64,000 nucleotides of DNA from Squalus acanthias (Eukaryota), in NCBI GenBank assembly GCA_030390025.1, contig CM059432.1, positions 34,226,001 through 34,290,000 of the forward strand, given 5' to 3'. Position 1 is the first letter of the stretch; each line of letters begins with the position of its first letter. The translations under genes were made by a program, and so were the position numbers. Shown piece after piece: positions 25,940 to 36,935 of this stretch. Under the pieces are notes generated by a model, which searched no databases, was not told the DNA's origin, and saw only the letters and a list, made by a program, of their open reading frames with translations.

Positions 25940-26625
25940 TTCCTAGCACCATAGGTGGTTCTGCTGCACAGGATGGGAGGAAAAAGAGTGGGAGAGCTAT
26001 CGTGATAGGGGATTCTATTGTAAGGGGAATAGATAGGCGTTTCTGCGGCAGCAAACGAGACTCCAGGATGGTATGTTGCCTCCCTGGTGCAAGGGTCAAG
26101 GATGTCTCAGAGCGGCTACAGAGCATTTTGGAAGGGGAGGGTGAACAGCCAGTTGTCGTGGTGCATATAGGTACCAACGATATAGATAAAAAACGGGATG
26201 AGGTCCTAAAAGCAGAATATAGGGAGTTAGGAGGTAAATTAAAAAAATAGGACCTCAAAGGTGGTAATCTCAGGATTGCTACCAGTGCCATGTGCTAGTC
26301 AGAGTAGAAATAGAAGGATATTTCAAATGAATACGTGGCTAGAGGAATGGTGCAAGGGAGAGGGATTCAAATTCCTGGGGCATTGGAACCGGTTCTGGGG
26401 GAGGTGGGACCAGTACAAACCGGACGGTCTACACCTGGGCAGGGCCGGGACCGATGTCCTAGGGGGAGTGTTTGCTAGTGCTCTGGGGGAGGGTTTAAAC
26501 TAAAATGGCAGGGGGTTGGGAACCTGAGCAGGGAGACAGAGGAAAGGGGAACAAGGATAAAAGCAAAAGATAGGAAGGAGAAAAACAAAAGTTGCAGTCA
26601 GAGAAAACAATGGTTTAAATAAAAC

Positions 26626-29487
26626 ATGGCCACAGTAAATACTAATTCTAATAGGTCTAAGAGCATTAAAAAAACAAGCCTGAAGGCTTTGTGTCTTAAT
26701 GCAAGGAGCATTCGGAACAAGGTAGACGAATTAGCTGCGCAAATAGAGGTAAACGAATATGATTTGATTGGGATTACCGAAACATGGCTCCAGGGAGGCC
26801 AAGGCTGGGAACTTAATATCCAGGGGTACTCAATATTCAGGAAATATAGGCAAAAAGGAAAGGGAGGTGGGGTAGCATTGCTGGTTAAAGAAGGGATTAA
26901 CACAATTGAAAGGAAGGATATTAGCTCTGATGATGTGGAATCTGTATGGGTTGAACTGAGAAATAACAAGGGGCAGAAAACGTTAGTGGGAGTGATATAT
27001 AGACCTCCAAACAGTAATGCGGAGGTTGGGGATGGCATTAAAAGGGAAATTAGAGAAGCGTACAATAAGGGCACAGCAGTCATCATGGGTGACTTTAATC
27101 TACATATAGATTGGGCTAACCAAATTAGTAACAATACTATGGAGGAGGAATTCCTGGAGTGTTTACGGGATGGTTTCCTGGACCAATATGTCGAGGAACC
27201 AACCAGAGATCAGGCCATCTTAGACTGGGTATTATGCAATGAGAAAGGATTAATTAGCAATCTTGTTGTGCGAGGCCCCTTGGGTCGGAGCGATCATAAT
27301 ATGATAGAATTCTTCATTAGGATGGAGAGTGAAGTAGTTGACTCAGAGACTAGGGTCCTGAATTTAAATAAAGGAAACTACGATGGTATGAGGTGCGAGT
27401 TGGGTAGGATTGATTGGGGAATGTCACTCAAAGGGTTGACGGTGGATAGGCAATGGCAAACATTCAAAGACCGCATGGACGAACTACAGAATTTGTTCAT
27501 CCCAGTTTGGCATAAGAATGAAACAAAAAGGGTGACTCAACCATGGCTTACAAGGGAAATTAGGGATAGCATGAGATCCAAGGAGAGGGCATATAAATTG
27601 GCCAGAAAAAGCAGTAACCCTGTGGATTGGGAGCAGTTTAAGATTCAACAAAGGAGGACAAAGGGATTAATTAAGAAGGGGAAAATAGAATACGAGAGTA
27701 AGCTTGCAGGGAACATAAAAACTGACTGTAAAAGCTTTTATAGATATGTGAAGAGAAAAAGATTAGTGAAGTCAAGCGTAGGTCCCTTGCAGTCAGAATC
27801 AGGGGAACTTATAATGGGGAACAAAGAAATGTCAGACCAATTAAATACATATTTTGGTTCTGTCTTCACAAAGGAGGACACAAATAATCTCCCAGAGATG
27901 TTGGGGAACATAGGGTCTGATGAAAGGGAGGAACTGAAAGAAATCAGAATTTGTAGGGAAATGGTGTTAGGGAAATTGAAGGGATTGAAGGCCGATAAAT
28001 CCCCAGGGCCTGATAATCTACATCCTAGGGTACTTAAGGAAGTGGCCCTAGAAATAGTAGATCCATTGCTGATCATCTTCCAACATTCGATGGAATCTGG
28101 AACAGTACCCTTGGATTGGAGGGTAGCTAATGTTACCCCACTATTCAAAAAGGGTGGTAGAGAGAAAACGGGGAATTACAGACTGGTAAGCCTGACATCG
28201 GTAGTGGGGAAAATGCTAGAGTCCATTATAAAAGATGTAATAGCTGAGCACTTGAAAAACAGTGACAGGATCGGACAAAGTCAACATGGATTTACAAAAG
28301 GTAAATCATGCTTGACTAATCTACTGGAATTTTTTGAGGATGTAACTGGTAAAATCGATAAGGCAGAACCAGTGCATGTGGTGTATTTGGACTTCCAAAA
28401 GGCTTTTGATAAGGTCCCGCATAAGAGATTAGCGTGTAAAGTTAAGGCTCATGGGATTGGGGGCAAGGTATTGACTTGGATAGAGAACTGGTTGGCAGAC
28501 AGAAAGCAAAGAGTTGCAATAAACGGGTCTTTTTCAGAGTGGCAGGCAGTGACTAGTGGGGTACCGCAGGGATCGGTCCTTGGACCCCAGCTATTCACAA
28601 TATATATTAATGATCTAGACAAGGGAACTAGATGTAATATCTCCAAGTTTGCAGACGACACAAAACTGGGTGGGCGTGTGTGCTGCGAGTAGGATGCCGA
28701 GAAACTCCAGGATGATTTGGACAGGTTGAGTGATTGGGCTGAAGCGTGGCAGATGCAATATAATGTGGATAAATGCGAGGTTGTCCACTTTGGTGTCAAA
28801 AACAGAAAGGCAGATTATTATCTGAATGGCAATAGATTGGGACAAGGGGAAGTGCAACGAGACCTGGGTGTCCTTGTGCACCAGTCGCTGAAGGTAAGCA
28901 TGCAGGTGCAGCAGGCGGTGAAGAAGGCAAATGGTATGTTGGCCTTCCTAGCGAGAGGGTTTGAGTACAGGAACAAGGATGTCTTGCTGCAGTTGTACAG
29001 GGCCTTGGTGAGACCACACCTTGAGTACTGTGTGCAGTTTTGGTCGCCTTATCTGAGGAAGGATGTTCTTGCCATGGAAGGAGTTCAGCCAAGATTCACA
29101 AGGCTGATACCTGGGATGGCAGGAATGACATATGAAGAGAGATTGGGTCGATTGGGCTTATACTCGCTGGAGTTTAGACGAATGAGAGGGGATCTCATTG
29201 AAACTTATAAAATTCTGACAGGACAGGACAAACTAGATGCAGGAAGGATGTTCCCGATGGTCGGGGAGTCCAGAACCAGGGGTCACCGTCTAAGGATAAG
29301 GGGTAAGCCATTTAGGACTGAAATGAGGAGGAATTTCTTCACCCAGAGTGTGGTGAACCTGTGGAATTCTCTGCCACAGAAGGCAGTAGCGGCCAATTCA
29401 TTAAATAGATTCAAGAAGGAGTTGGATATATTTCTTAAGGCTAAAGGGATCAAGGGATATGGGGAGAAAGCAGGGACAGGGTACTGA
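26626..29487 (+). pseudogene. CR1 ORF2 endonuclease/reverse transcriptase with one in-frame stop (28690-28692)
   Basis: The 688-aa ORF and the 256-aa ORF are in the same frame (offset 2091 = 697 codons), separated by a single TAG where sibling copies have GAG (CEED). Confidence 0.92.
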
Positions 29488-30453
29488 ATTTGGATGATCA
29501 GCCATGATCGCATTGAATGGCGGAGCAGGCTCGAGGGGCCGAATGGCCTACTCCTGCTCCTATCTTCTATGATTCTATGTGACTGCAGTCCCACATTGTG
29601 ATTGACTTTTGAAAATCTCAGGGCAACTAAGGACAGCAAAAATAAGAAAATAACCTAGGCTATTCAACTGAGGAGAGGCATCACAGCAAACCTAAACCCC
29701 TCAATATCTGCACACATACATATTTCCCAGCCGGGTGTCTCTGGATTGCCTGCTTCTTTTTCCTACACCAGCTAGCATAAAGGTACTGAGGCCAGTTAAA
29801 AAACCTAGGACTGAGAGGCCTGTTTGACTGAGTACCACCAACAGGCAGACCATACTTCAACTTTAGAAGATGAAGAATTAAGTGGAGAAGGTTGAAGGAG
29901 GGGGGGAAAAAAGAGTTAAACGGTTGTTCATTGTAGAACATTTTTGTTGAGTTTTTAAGCTCTTGGAGTCAGTCCCAAATACATTGAATTAGATCTGAAC
30001 AAAGGATCGGAGCAGAGAATGAGATACTCACATGGTAACAATGGGAAGTATTCAGTTCAGGTGGCTAGGCAAAGATGATACAGCTGTCAGTGTCACAGGT
30101 AAAGAATAGAAGTAAGTACAGTATTGCTAAAGAATCCTACTTAAGCATCAAAGAGCATGGGTGTGTAAGACAAGATGTCAAGTGCAATGTGATTTGGAGA
30201 GCTGGAGAAAATGATGGGAGAATTTGTACAGAATGAGAGCTTGTTCTGTTTTACACACCCACGTGCACAGTGTGTAAACATTTGGGTGGGGGGATATCAT
30301 GGACAAATCATGGACAGGAGGGAGATGGGATTTATAACTCATGCCTAAAAAAAAATGGCAGAACTAGTAAATTTCCCATGATCATTTGGTGAATATAAAT
30401 GTTGTTTTATATACAAGATGGCGATGGGTTTGAGAGAGAAAAACTTTGCTTCA

Positions 30454-30472
30454 CAGTGCCACCTAGTGGCCA
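30454..30472 (-). promoter_or_regulatory. CTCF-like motif in wnt3a intron 1
   Basis: The minus strand reads TGGCCACTAGGTGGCACTG, a close match to the vertebrate CTCF core consensus. Confidence 0.6.
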
Positions 30473-31056
30473 GATCCTGCAACTACATTGTGACAATTGA
30501 CATAGTAAAATTGAATAGAAAATGTTGACATATCAGTTTCCAATGGTAAAAGTTGACAGAAATCTGTGACTAAAAATTGGGACAACAGGTAGTAAAGTTC
30601 ATGGAGGAAGTATATTAAATCTGTATATTAAATCCTCCCTGACTAGTTGCACTGTTCGCAGACAAAAAAAATCATGAGATCTTGTTCCCACATACCCTGT
30701 AAAGGGAGGAGATCAAGGGCTGGGGCGGAACGGCCACCTGTTGCACCAACCCCGCCATAACATCGGTCTCGTTACTCCTGCTATCCGAAAGCCATGTAAT
30801 CTCCTGGGAGAAGCGAAAAACCAGATTTTTTTTGAAAAAGGCCAATTAGTGGGGAAAAATCCCGTCCAACCCACTTAGCTGATCAAAACTAGTCCAGGGG
30901 GACGCTTTGGCCATGATGGTTTTTTGTGTAGTTGTTTAGGACCCAACTGCTGTCTTGGAGTTAGTGAAGGTGAGGGGCTATTTGGGAGGGGAGGGGTGGA
31001 ATTTCACTGTTTCCCTTGTTTCTGCTCCGTGGCAGATTGGAGAGGTAGCCGTGACA

Positions 31057-31400
31057 GCCGTGGCTCAGTTGGTAGCACTCTTGCTTCTGAGTCAGAAGGT
31101 TGTGGGTTCAAGGCACACTCCAGAGACTTGTGCACAAAATCTAGGCTGACTCTCCAGTACAGTGCTGCAATGTCGGAGGTGCCATCTTTCGGATGAGACA
31201 TTAAACATGGTGTCCAGGCCAAAAAGATGATCTGGTCATTATCACATTGCTGTTGGTGGGAGCTTGCTGTGTGCAAATTGGCTGCTGCGTTTCCTGTATT
31301 ACAACAGTGACTGCACTTTAAAATTAGTCATCGGCCTTAAAGTGCTTTGGGAGAGCCTGAGGTTGTGAAAGATGCTATATAAATTCAAGTTCTTTCTTTT
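31057..31400 (+). mobile_element. SacSINE1-like Deu-SINE with internal deletion
   Basis: Head gccgtggctcagttggtagcactc and the family tail. Confidence 0.85.
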
Positions 31401-31600
31401 ACTTTGGAATATCTGTACCACAGTTGGTGATGCTGATTTTCTGGGTAAATGTTGGCCCGTGCTCATACAGTTTAATGTTTCTCATTGTAGTTTTAAGCTT
31501 AAAAAAAATCATTAATTTAAACAAAAGAAATCCTGAAAAAGTTCTCTGCTCCCGTCCCACAAGCTCTGATTAATAAGGCTCTTCTTTCCTTTCATTGCAG

Positions 31601-31842
31601 GTCTTTGGCAGTTGGTCATCAGTACTCGACACTGGCGACTCAGCCCATACTGTGCGGGAGTATCCCCGGCCTTGTACCAAAGCAGCTGCGGTTTTGTCGG
31701 AATTACATGGAGATTATGCCGAGTGTGGCGGAAGGAGTGAAAATCGGCATCCAGGAATGCCAGCATCAGTTTCGAGGAAGGAGATGGAACTGCACGACTG
31801 TTGAGGATAATTTGGCCATCTTTGGACCTGTGTTAGATAAAG
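31601..31842 (+). CDS. wnt3a: Wnt-3a coding exon 2 (242 bp)
   Basis: Acceptor cttctttcctttcattgcag| and donor AAAG|gtaatt. Encodes SLAVGHQYSTLATQPILCGSIPGLVPKQLRFCRNYMEIMPSVAEGVKIGIQECQHQFRGRRWNCTTVEDNLAIFGPVLDK. SLAVG, QPILC and KIGIQ favour Wnt3a over Wnt3. Confidence 0.96.
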
Positions 31843-32204
31843 GTAATTAAATTATATCATCATCCCAGGAAAGGATATCTCCACTCTATTACAATGAGGC
31901 ACAGTAAACCAGTGTTACTGGCTAACCTTGCTGTCGAGAGCCATAAGGAGTCATTCTCTGACCCTGCATTCCTGTTGGGGAGCTTCACCTACTGGGAGAG
32001 CAGATCGGAAATTTAAGGGCACTCTGCAAGTGACTTTCCAAAATATGGCTCTAGAGAGGTAAGACTCTCCCTAGGGAGTGAAAAATTGGAAAATGATTCC
32101 TGTAGTCCCAAGCAGTATCTTGTCTCTGGGCCTCCTCAACAATGATTCCTCACACTACACCACGATAGTTGGGACTTGGGTCTACAGTTACTCTGATTAG
32201 CGGG

Positions 32205-33365
32205 ATGTGAAAAGAGGTGTTCCCGAGGAATCTGTTCTGGGGCCTCAACTTTTCACCATACTTATTAATGACTTGGATGAAGGACTAGAGAGTTGTATAT
32301 CCAAGATTGCAGATGACTCACATTTAGGAGGAACAATAAGTAGTGCAAATGGGAGCAAGAAATTGCAAAGAGACATAGACAGATTAAGCGAGTTGGAAAA
32401 ACTACAACAAATGGTGTTCAAAGTGGGCAAGTGTGAGGTCATCCACTTTGGACCCAAGAAAGATAAATCGGAATGTTTTCTAATTGGTGAGAAACTAGGA
32501 ACTGTAGAAGAGATTTGGGAGTCCAAGTGCAGAAATCATTTAAAACTACAAAAGACTAATGGAATGTTGGGCTTTATCTCAAGGGGGTTGCAATACAAAG
32601 GGGAGGAAGTTATGCTTCAGTTGTATAGAGCCTTGGTCAGACCCCATCTGGAGAATTGCGTTCAGTTTTGGGAACAACTCTCAGGAAGGATATATTGGCC
32701 TTGGAGGGGGTGCAGCGCAGATTCCCAGAATGATACCGGGGCTTATGAGGACAGGTGGCATAAACATTCCTTTGCTGGAGAGCATACAAAAAGGAGACCC
32801 AACAGCACTCAACTTCTGCTTCACTAAGATTCCATAGATGGGCAAGCCTTGAATGGAGGCACGTGAAGCAGAAAACATAGGCACGATAGTGCATGTTGGA
32901 AGTAGAAATAAGAGGCACGTGCATTCTGTTGATGTTCATTGGGGAAGTTGAAAGAGCTACAGGAGTTAGTTAACTTGTTGCTCACCCTGTCCCAATAGTG
33001 TGAGGCAATAATGAACAAAGCAAATAAGATTCCGAGTTATATTGCCAGATCAATTAAGTTCAAACCCCACTGAGGTCATACTGAAGTTGTACAATGCTCT
33101 ATTCAATGCGTACGTGGAGTACAGGTTACAGTGCATGGCAGAAGGAGGCTTAGTATGAAGTAGTGCACAAATAAGAGCAATGAGGCCAATCCCAGTTAAT
33201 AAGTTAGGACTCTACAGTCCTGAAAAGAGACTTGTCAGAGGAGACCTTGAATGGGATTGAGAAAGTAACTCTGGAACATTGTTTTCAGATCTGCCAGGGG
33301 GAGCAGGACAGGAGGAACAGGGTCAGGGTTGGGAAGGGCAAATTTAAGACAGACATTAGCAAGTA
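32205..33365 (+). mobile_element. Decayed CR1 RT fragments in intron 2
   Basis: ORF 32207-32827 ([36 protein letters not shown]), then an older CR1 remnant at 32860-33365. Confidence 0.8.
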
Positions 33366-33369
33366 TTTC

Positions 33370-33700
33370 AATAGCAAAATACTGCGGATGCTGGAAATCT
33401 GAAATAACAACAGAAAACGCTGGAAACACTCAGCAGGTCAGGCAGCATCGAGGAGAGAGAAACAGAGTTAATGTATCGGGTTGAGGACCCTTCGTCAGAA
33501 CTGGAAAAGGTTAAAGAGATATTTTTAAACAAGTGCAGGGACAGGGAGGGGAGGAAAGAACAAAGGGAGGGACTGTGATAGGCTGGAAGGCAGGAGAGAT
33601 TAAAAGACAAAAGGAATGATGGTGCAAGGCAAAAAGAGAAGGTAATGGGACAAGTTAAGAAACAAAAGATGACTAGATGAGGTGTGAATGGCGATGGGTG
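33370..33700 (-). mobile_element. Penelope-like terminal fragment with hammerhead motif (about 33465-33502)
   Basis: Same atagcaaaatactgcggatgctggaaat end. The minus strand reads agtt-CTGACGA-agggtcctcaaccc-GATACATT-aact. Confidence 0.7.
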
Positions 33701-34344
33701 GTTGAGACCGGTGTCCTGGCCTCAGTTATGAACAGATGTTGTAATGGGAATACGGTAGGGTTGGTATTGTGCAAGCATGGAATCAAATGGGTTGAATGAC
33801 CATCTTTATCCCAATCGATCTGTTGAGAGCCACAGGAGATGAGGATGTGGGCAGCAAGTGGCCCTTGAGCTGTTTTATGAGTTCAAACTAGGACCAAAGG
33901 AATATAAGGGCTGATTTTGGTTGGATCTGGGAGTGCACTCATGCACGGTGAGCATGGAGACAGAATTTACACCATCTCACCCAATTCACTGCACACTGAG
34001 GTATGAAAGTGTTCTGTCTTTTGAGAAGCCTCATTAAGAGCTTCATTAAATCTTATAATTTCATGTAACTGTGTGATAATTGGCCCACACACACAATTTT
34101 CCAATTCCTTACAAGCACTGCTCGTGTGTATAAAATTGGGTCCTTATGTGTCAACTTCCTAAAGGTGTGTTTTTTTTGGGATGGAAGTTGGTTTTGGTTC
34201 TTTCGCCAAAATTTATACTGCTACATGAGCTCCTTTTCCTGCTCGGGGCTCATTTTTTTGCATTGCAAAACTTTATTTCCCACTGCTTTTCCAAAGAACA
34301 TTCACTTGCAGCAAATAGTTCAGCGTGGGAATTTAAAAAAACAT

Positions 34345-34615
34345 TTTTTTTATTCTCCTGATGATGTGGGTGTCGCTGGCAATCCCTCGTTGCCCTGAGA
34401 AGGTGGTGGTAAGTCTTTTTGAACAGCTGGTAGCAGTTTAATACAACTGAGTGGCTTGCTAGACCACTTCAAAGGGCAGTTAAGAATCAACCACATTGGT
34501 GTGGGACTGGAGTCACTTATGGGCCAGACCGGATACGGACGACCAGTTAAAGGGCATTGGTGAACCAGCTAAATTTATACGACAATTCAACAGTTTCATG
34601 GTCATTCTTTTTAGA
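34345..34615 (-). mobile_element. SINE of the family sharing its tail with the 63058-64000 LINE
   Basis: gatgtgggtgtcgctggcaa...caactgagtggcttgctag...ctggagtcac. Similar copies at 36365-36620 and 39520-39890. Confidence 0.7.
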
Positions 34616-34678
34616 TTCCTTTGAGGCTTCTGATGGCGCAGGATTTGAATGAGGAAGAGAATCACAGGGTGACATTAT

Positions 34679-35578
34679 GGCTGGAATTTTCTCAAGGGAA
34701 GCGGGTTGGGGGGGGGAGGCCTCCAAGGCGGGTGGGAAACCCGGGAGGCCGGGTTTCCTGTAGGCCCTGCCGACTTTAATGACGGGGCCTGATTTGAATG
34801 CAAGGCCTCGGATTCCTGCCCACAGCCGGCCAGCTTGAGAGGCTGGCTTCAGAAGCGAGGGGCCAGTCCGGGGGAGGGATCACGGGAGGGAGGACAGCAA
34901 TTGGCCGGGGTCGGGGATCGGGGGGTGAGGTGGGGGGGCAGAGGATCGGCAGGGGTTACGGAACGCGGTGCAGGGTCAGCCAGGGGTGGGTGGGGGGGTT
35001 CGGCCGGGGATTGCGTGGGGGGGGGGGGGGGTCTGCCGGGAATCGCGTGGTGGGGGGGGGTGGGGTGCCAGGGATCGGGGGTTGGGTCGGCCGGGGATTG
35101 GCGGGGGGAGAGAGGATCATGGCCGGCAACCGGAGGATCATGGCCAGCCTCCTCATCATCGTTTGGGGGGTGGGGGGGGGGAGGACTGGGGTGGTGAATG
35201 AAGGCCTTGTGAGGGGATCTCCAATCGCGGGGAGTGGGTTAGGCAGGGACCCTGGATCCAGGAGGCAGGTATAAAGGCCTCTTGCCTCCTGGATGCAGCT
35301 GACCCCAAATCTGTTTAACTGCTGGGTTTCACGAATTGTGTGAAACCCGTCCACAGTCAGTTAAACACAAAATGGAGGGGGAAAAAGAGGCTTCCAGCCT
35401 CATTACAATATTTAAGTTAAGGTAATGGCCCCTGGGAGCGGCTTGGTTGCCCGCCCCGCCTCCGTTAAAACCAAAAGTGGGTGGATTGGAGGCGGGATCA
35501 GGTTGGGAATCCCATTTTTAACAATTTAACTGCCCCCACGCTCCAAATCCACCCGTTTTTTAGGGGAAAATTCCGGCC
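34679..35578. mobile_element. Harbinger-like MITE with G-rich core in intron 2
   Basis: TIRs ggctggaattttc and gaaaattccggcc, GC-rich interior. Confidence 0.75.
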
Positions 35579-35635
35579 AAACTCACTACAAAATAGCAGC
35601 TGTTGTTGTGTCACATGGTGTGACAATACTCCTCA

Positions 35636-35668
35636 CAGTGCCACCTGTAGGAGTAATAGGTACTGCAG
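35636..35668 (-). promoter_or_regulatory. CTCF-like motif with upstream module in wnt3a intron 2
   Basis: The minus strand reads CTGCAGTACC-TATTACT-CCTACAGGTGGCACTG: a TGCAGTACC upstream module, a spacer, then the core. Confidence 0.5.
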
Positions 35669-35829
35669 GCACCTGGAATGAGGTCTCAATGATACCTGGG
35701 CACCACACATTGAATTTAATATGTAATAAATGTTTTTTTCTCTCCTACTCTATCCAACCTTGGTGTTGCCTTTAATTATATGTCATGGTTTTCAATTTTT
35801 TAAAAAGCTTTTTGTGTGTCTTTTTGCAG

Positions 35830-36095
35830 CGACAAGGGAATCCGCTTTTGTTCACGCCATCGCCTCGGCAGGGGTCGCCTTCGCCATCACCCGCTCGTGT
35901 GCCGAGGGCACCGCAAACATCTGCGGCTGTGACAGCCGGCACAAGGGCCAGCCGGGGGACGGCTGGAAGTGGGGAGGCTGCAGCGAAGATGTGGAGTTTG
36001 GGAGCATGGTGTCCCGAGAGTTTGCGGACGCCCGAGAGAACAGACCGGACGCGCGCTCCGCTATGAACCGGCACAACAACGAGGCCGGCCGCATG
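35830..36095 (+). CDS. wnt3a: Wnt-3a coding exon 3 (266 bp)
   Basis: Acceptor tttttgcag| and donor CGCATG|gtgagt; phase fits exon 2 (G|CG = Ala). Encodes ATRESAFVHAIASAG...WKWGGCSEDVEFGSMVSREFADARENRPDARSAMNRHNNEAGRM. EFGxMVS and MNRH are Wnt3a-type. Confidence 0.96.
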
Positions 36096-36935
36096 GTGAG
36101 TGTTCATTTAAGATGGGAGTGGGGAAATGCAGCAAGCTCAGGATAAACGCACACAACCTGTCACGTGATTGGGAAGATAAAGATGCATGAAATCGGGAAA
36201 ACACAGCAATCCCACTCCTTCGAAGAAAGAACTAGCTTGCATTTATATAGCAAATGCATCCTGTGGTATGCACTGAGCTATACAGACCAGCAAGACCTGA
36301 GCTTGGTTCCCTGATCTATGGTGAATTAGCTGGTCTCCGGGAGGGCACTTTATGGGGCCTTGCGGGTGACACTGGATGGCCATATTTATTTCCCATCCCT
36401 GGTTGCCCTGAGGGCATTAAGAGTCAAGAATGTAGTGTGGGGCTGGAATCCTAGATCCAGACCAGGTAGGAGAGGCAGGTTTCCTTCCCTGAAGGACATT
36501 AGTGAACCAGTTGAGTTTTTATGGTGTTTTTACCTGGTGCCAGCCCACAAATCACCAAATTTAATGAATTCAATTTCCCAACTTGCCATGGCGGGATTTG
36601 AACTCATGACCTTGACTACTATACCTGATTCTGCTTGATATCTCTGGCTGAGGTACTGGAGGGCTGACGGGACCTGTGGGACTCTACTACCACATGATTG
36701 CATTCAGCAGAGGAGGAGAAAACACTGGGGGAATTATTCCTCCCCCTGAGCTTAGCTTCCTCTTTTTAAAGGAACATTCACTGGGGGCACTATCAGAACT
36801 GGAAATGTACCATGTGCTCAGTTTGGGCTATCATTTTCTAGGCTGATGGGAATCATGTGAAGTGTTGTGATTGGGTGCGTGGGATGGCTCGAATAGTAAG
36901 CAATTGAGGTGTCACTGTTCCATTTCCCTTTTCAG

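Larger units (their letters stand above)
25420..29580 (+). mobile_element. Near full-length CR1 (HER1-like) LINE
   Basis: ORF1 zinc finger (CSSCAMWE...CGRC) plus SGNH esterase (IGDSIVRG, HIGTND, PDGLHL); ORF2 EN+RT; tail ttctatgattctatgt. Inserted into a SINE (25250-25420 and 29578-29645). Confidence 0.95.

Noticed and set aside
26598..29639. Minus-strand ORFs overlapping CR1 ORF2 (similarly 847-1782 and 16623-18470)
   Set aside because: They are antisense shadows of the LINE coding sequence.
34798..35354. Gly-rich and Pro-rich ORFs
   Set aside because: They come from the low-complexity G-rich interior of a MITE.
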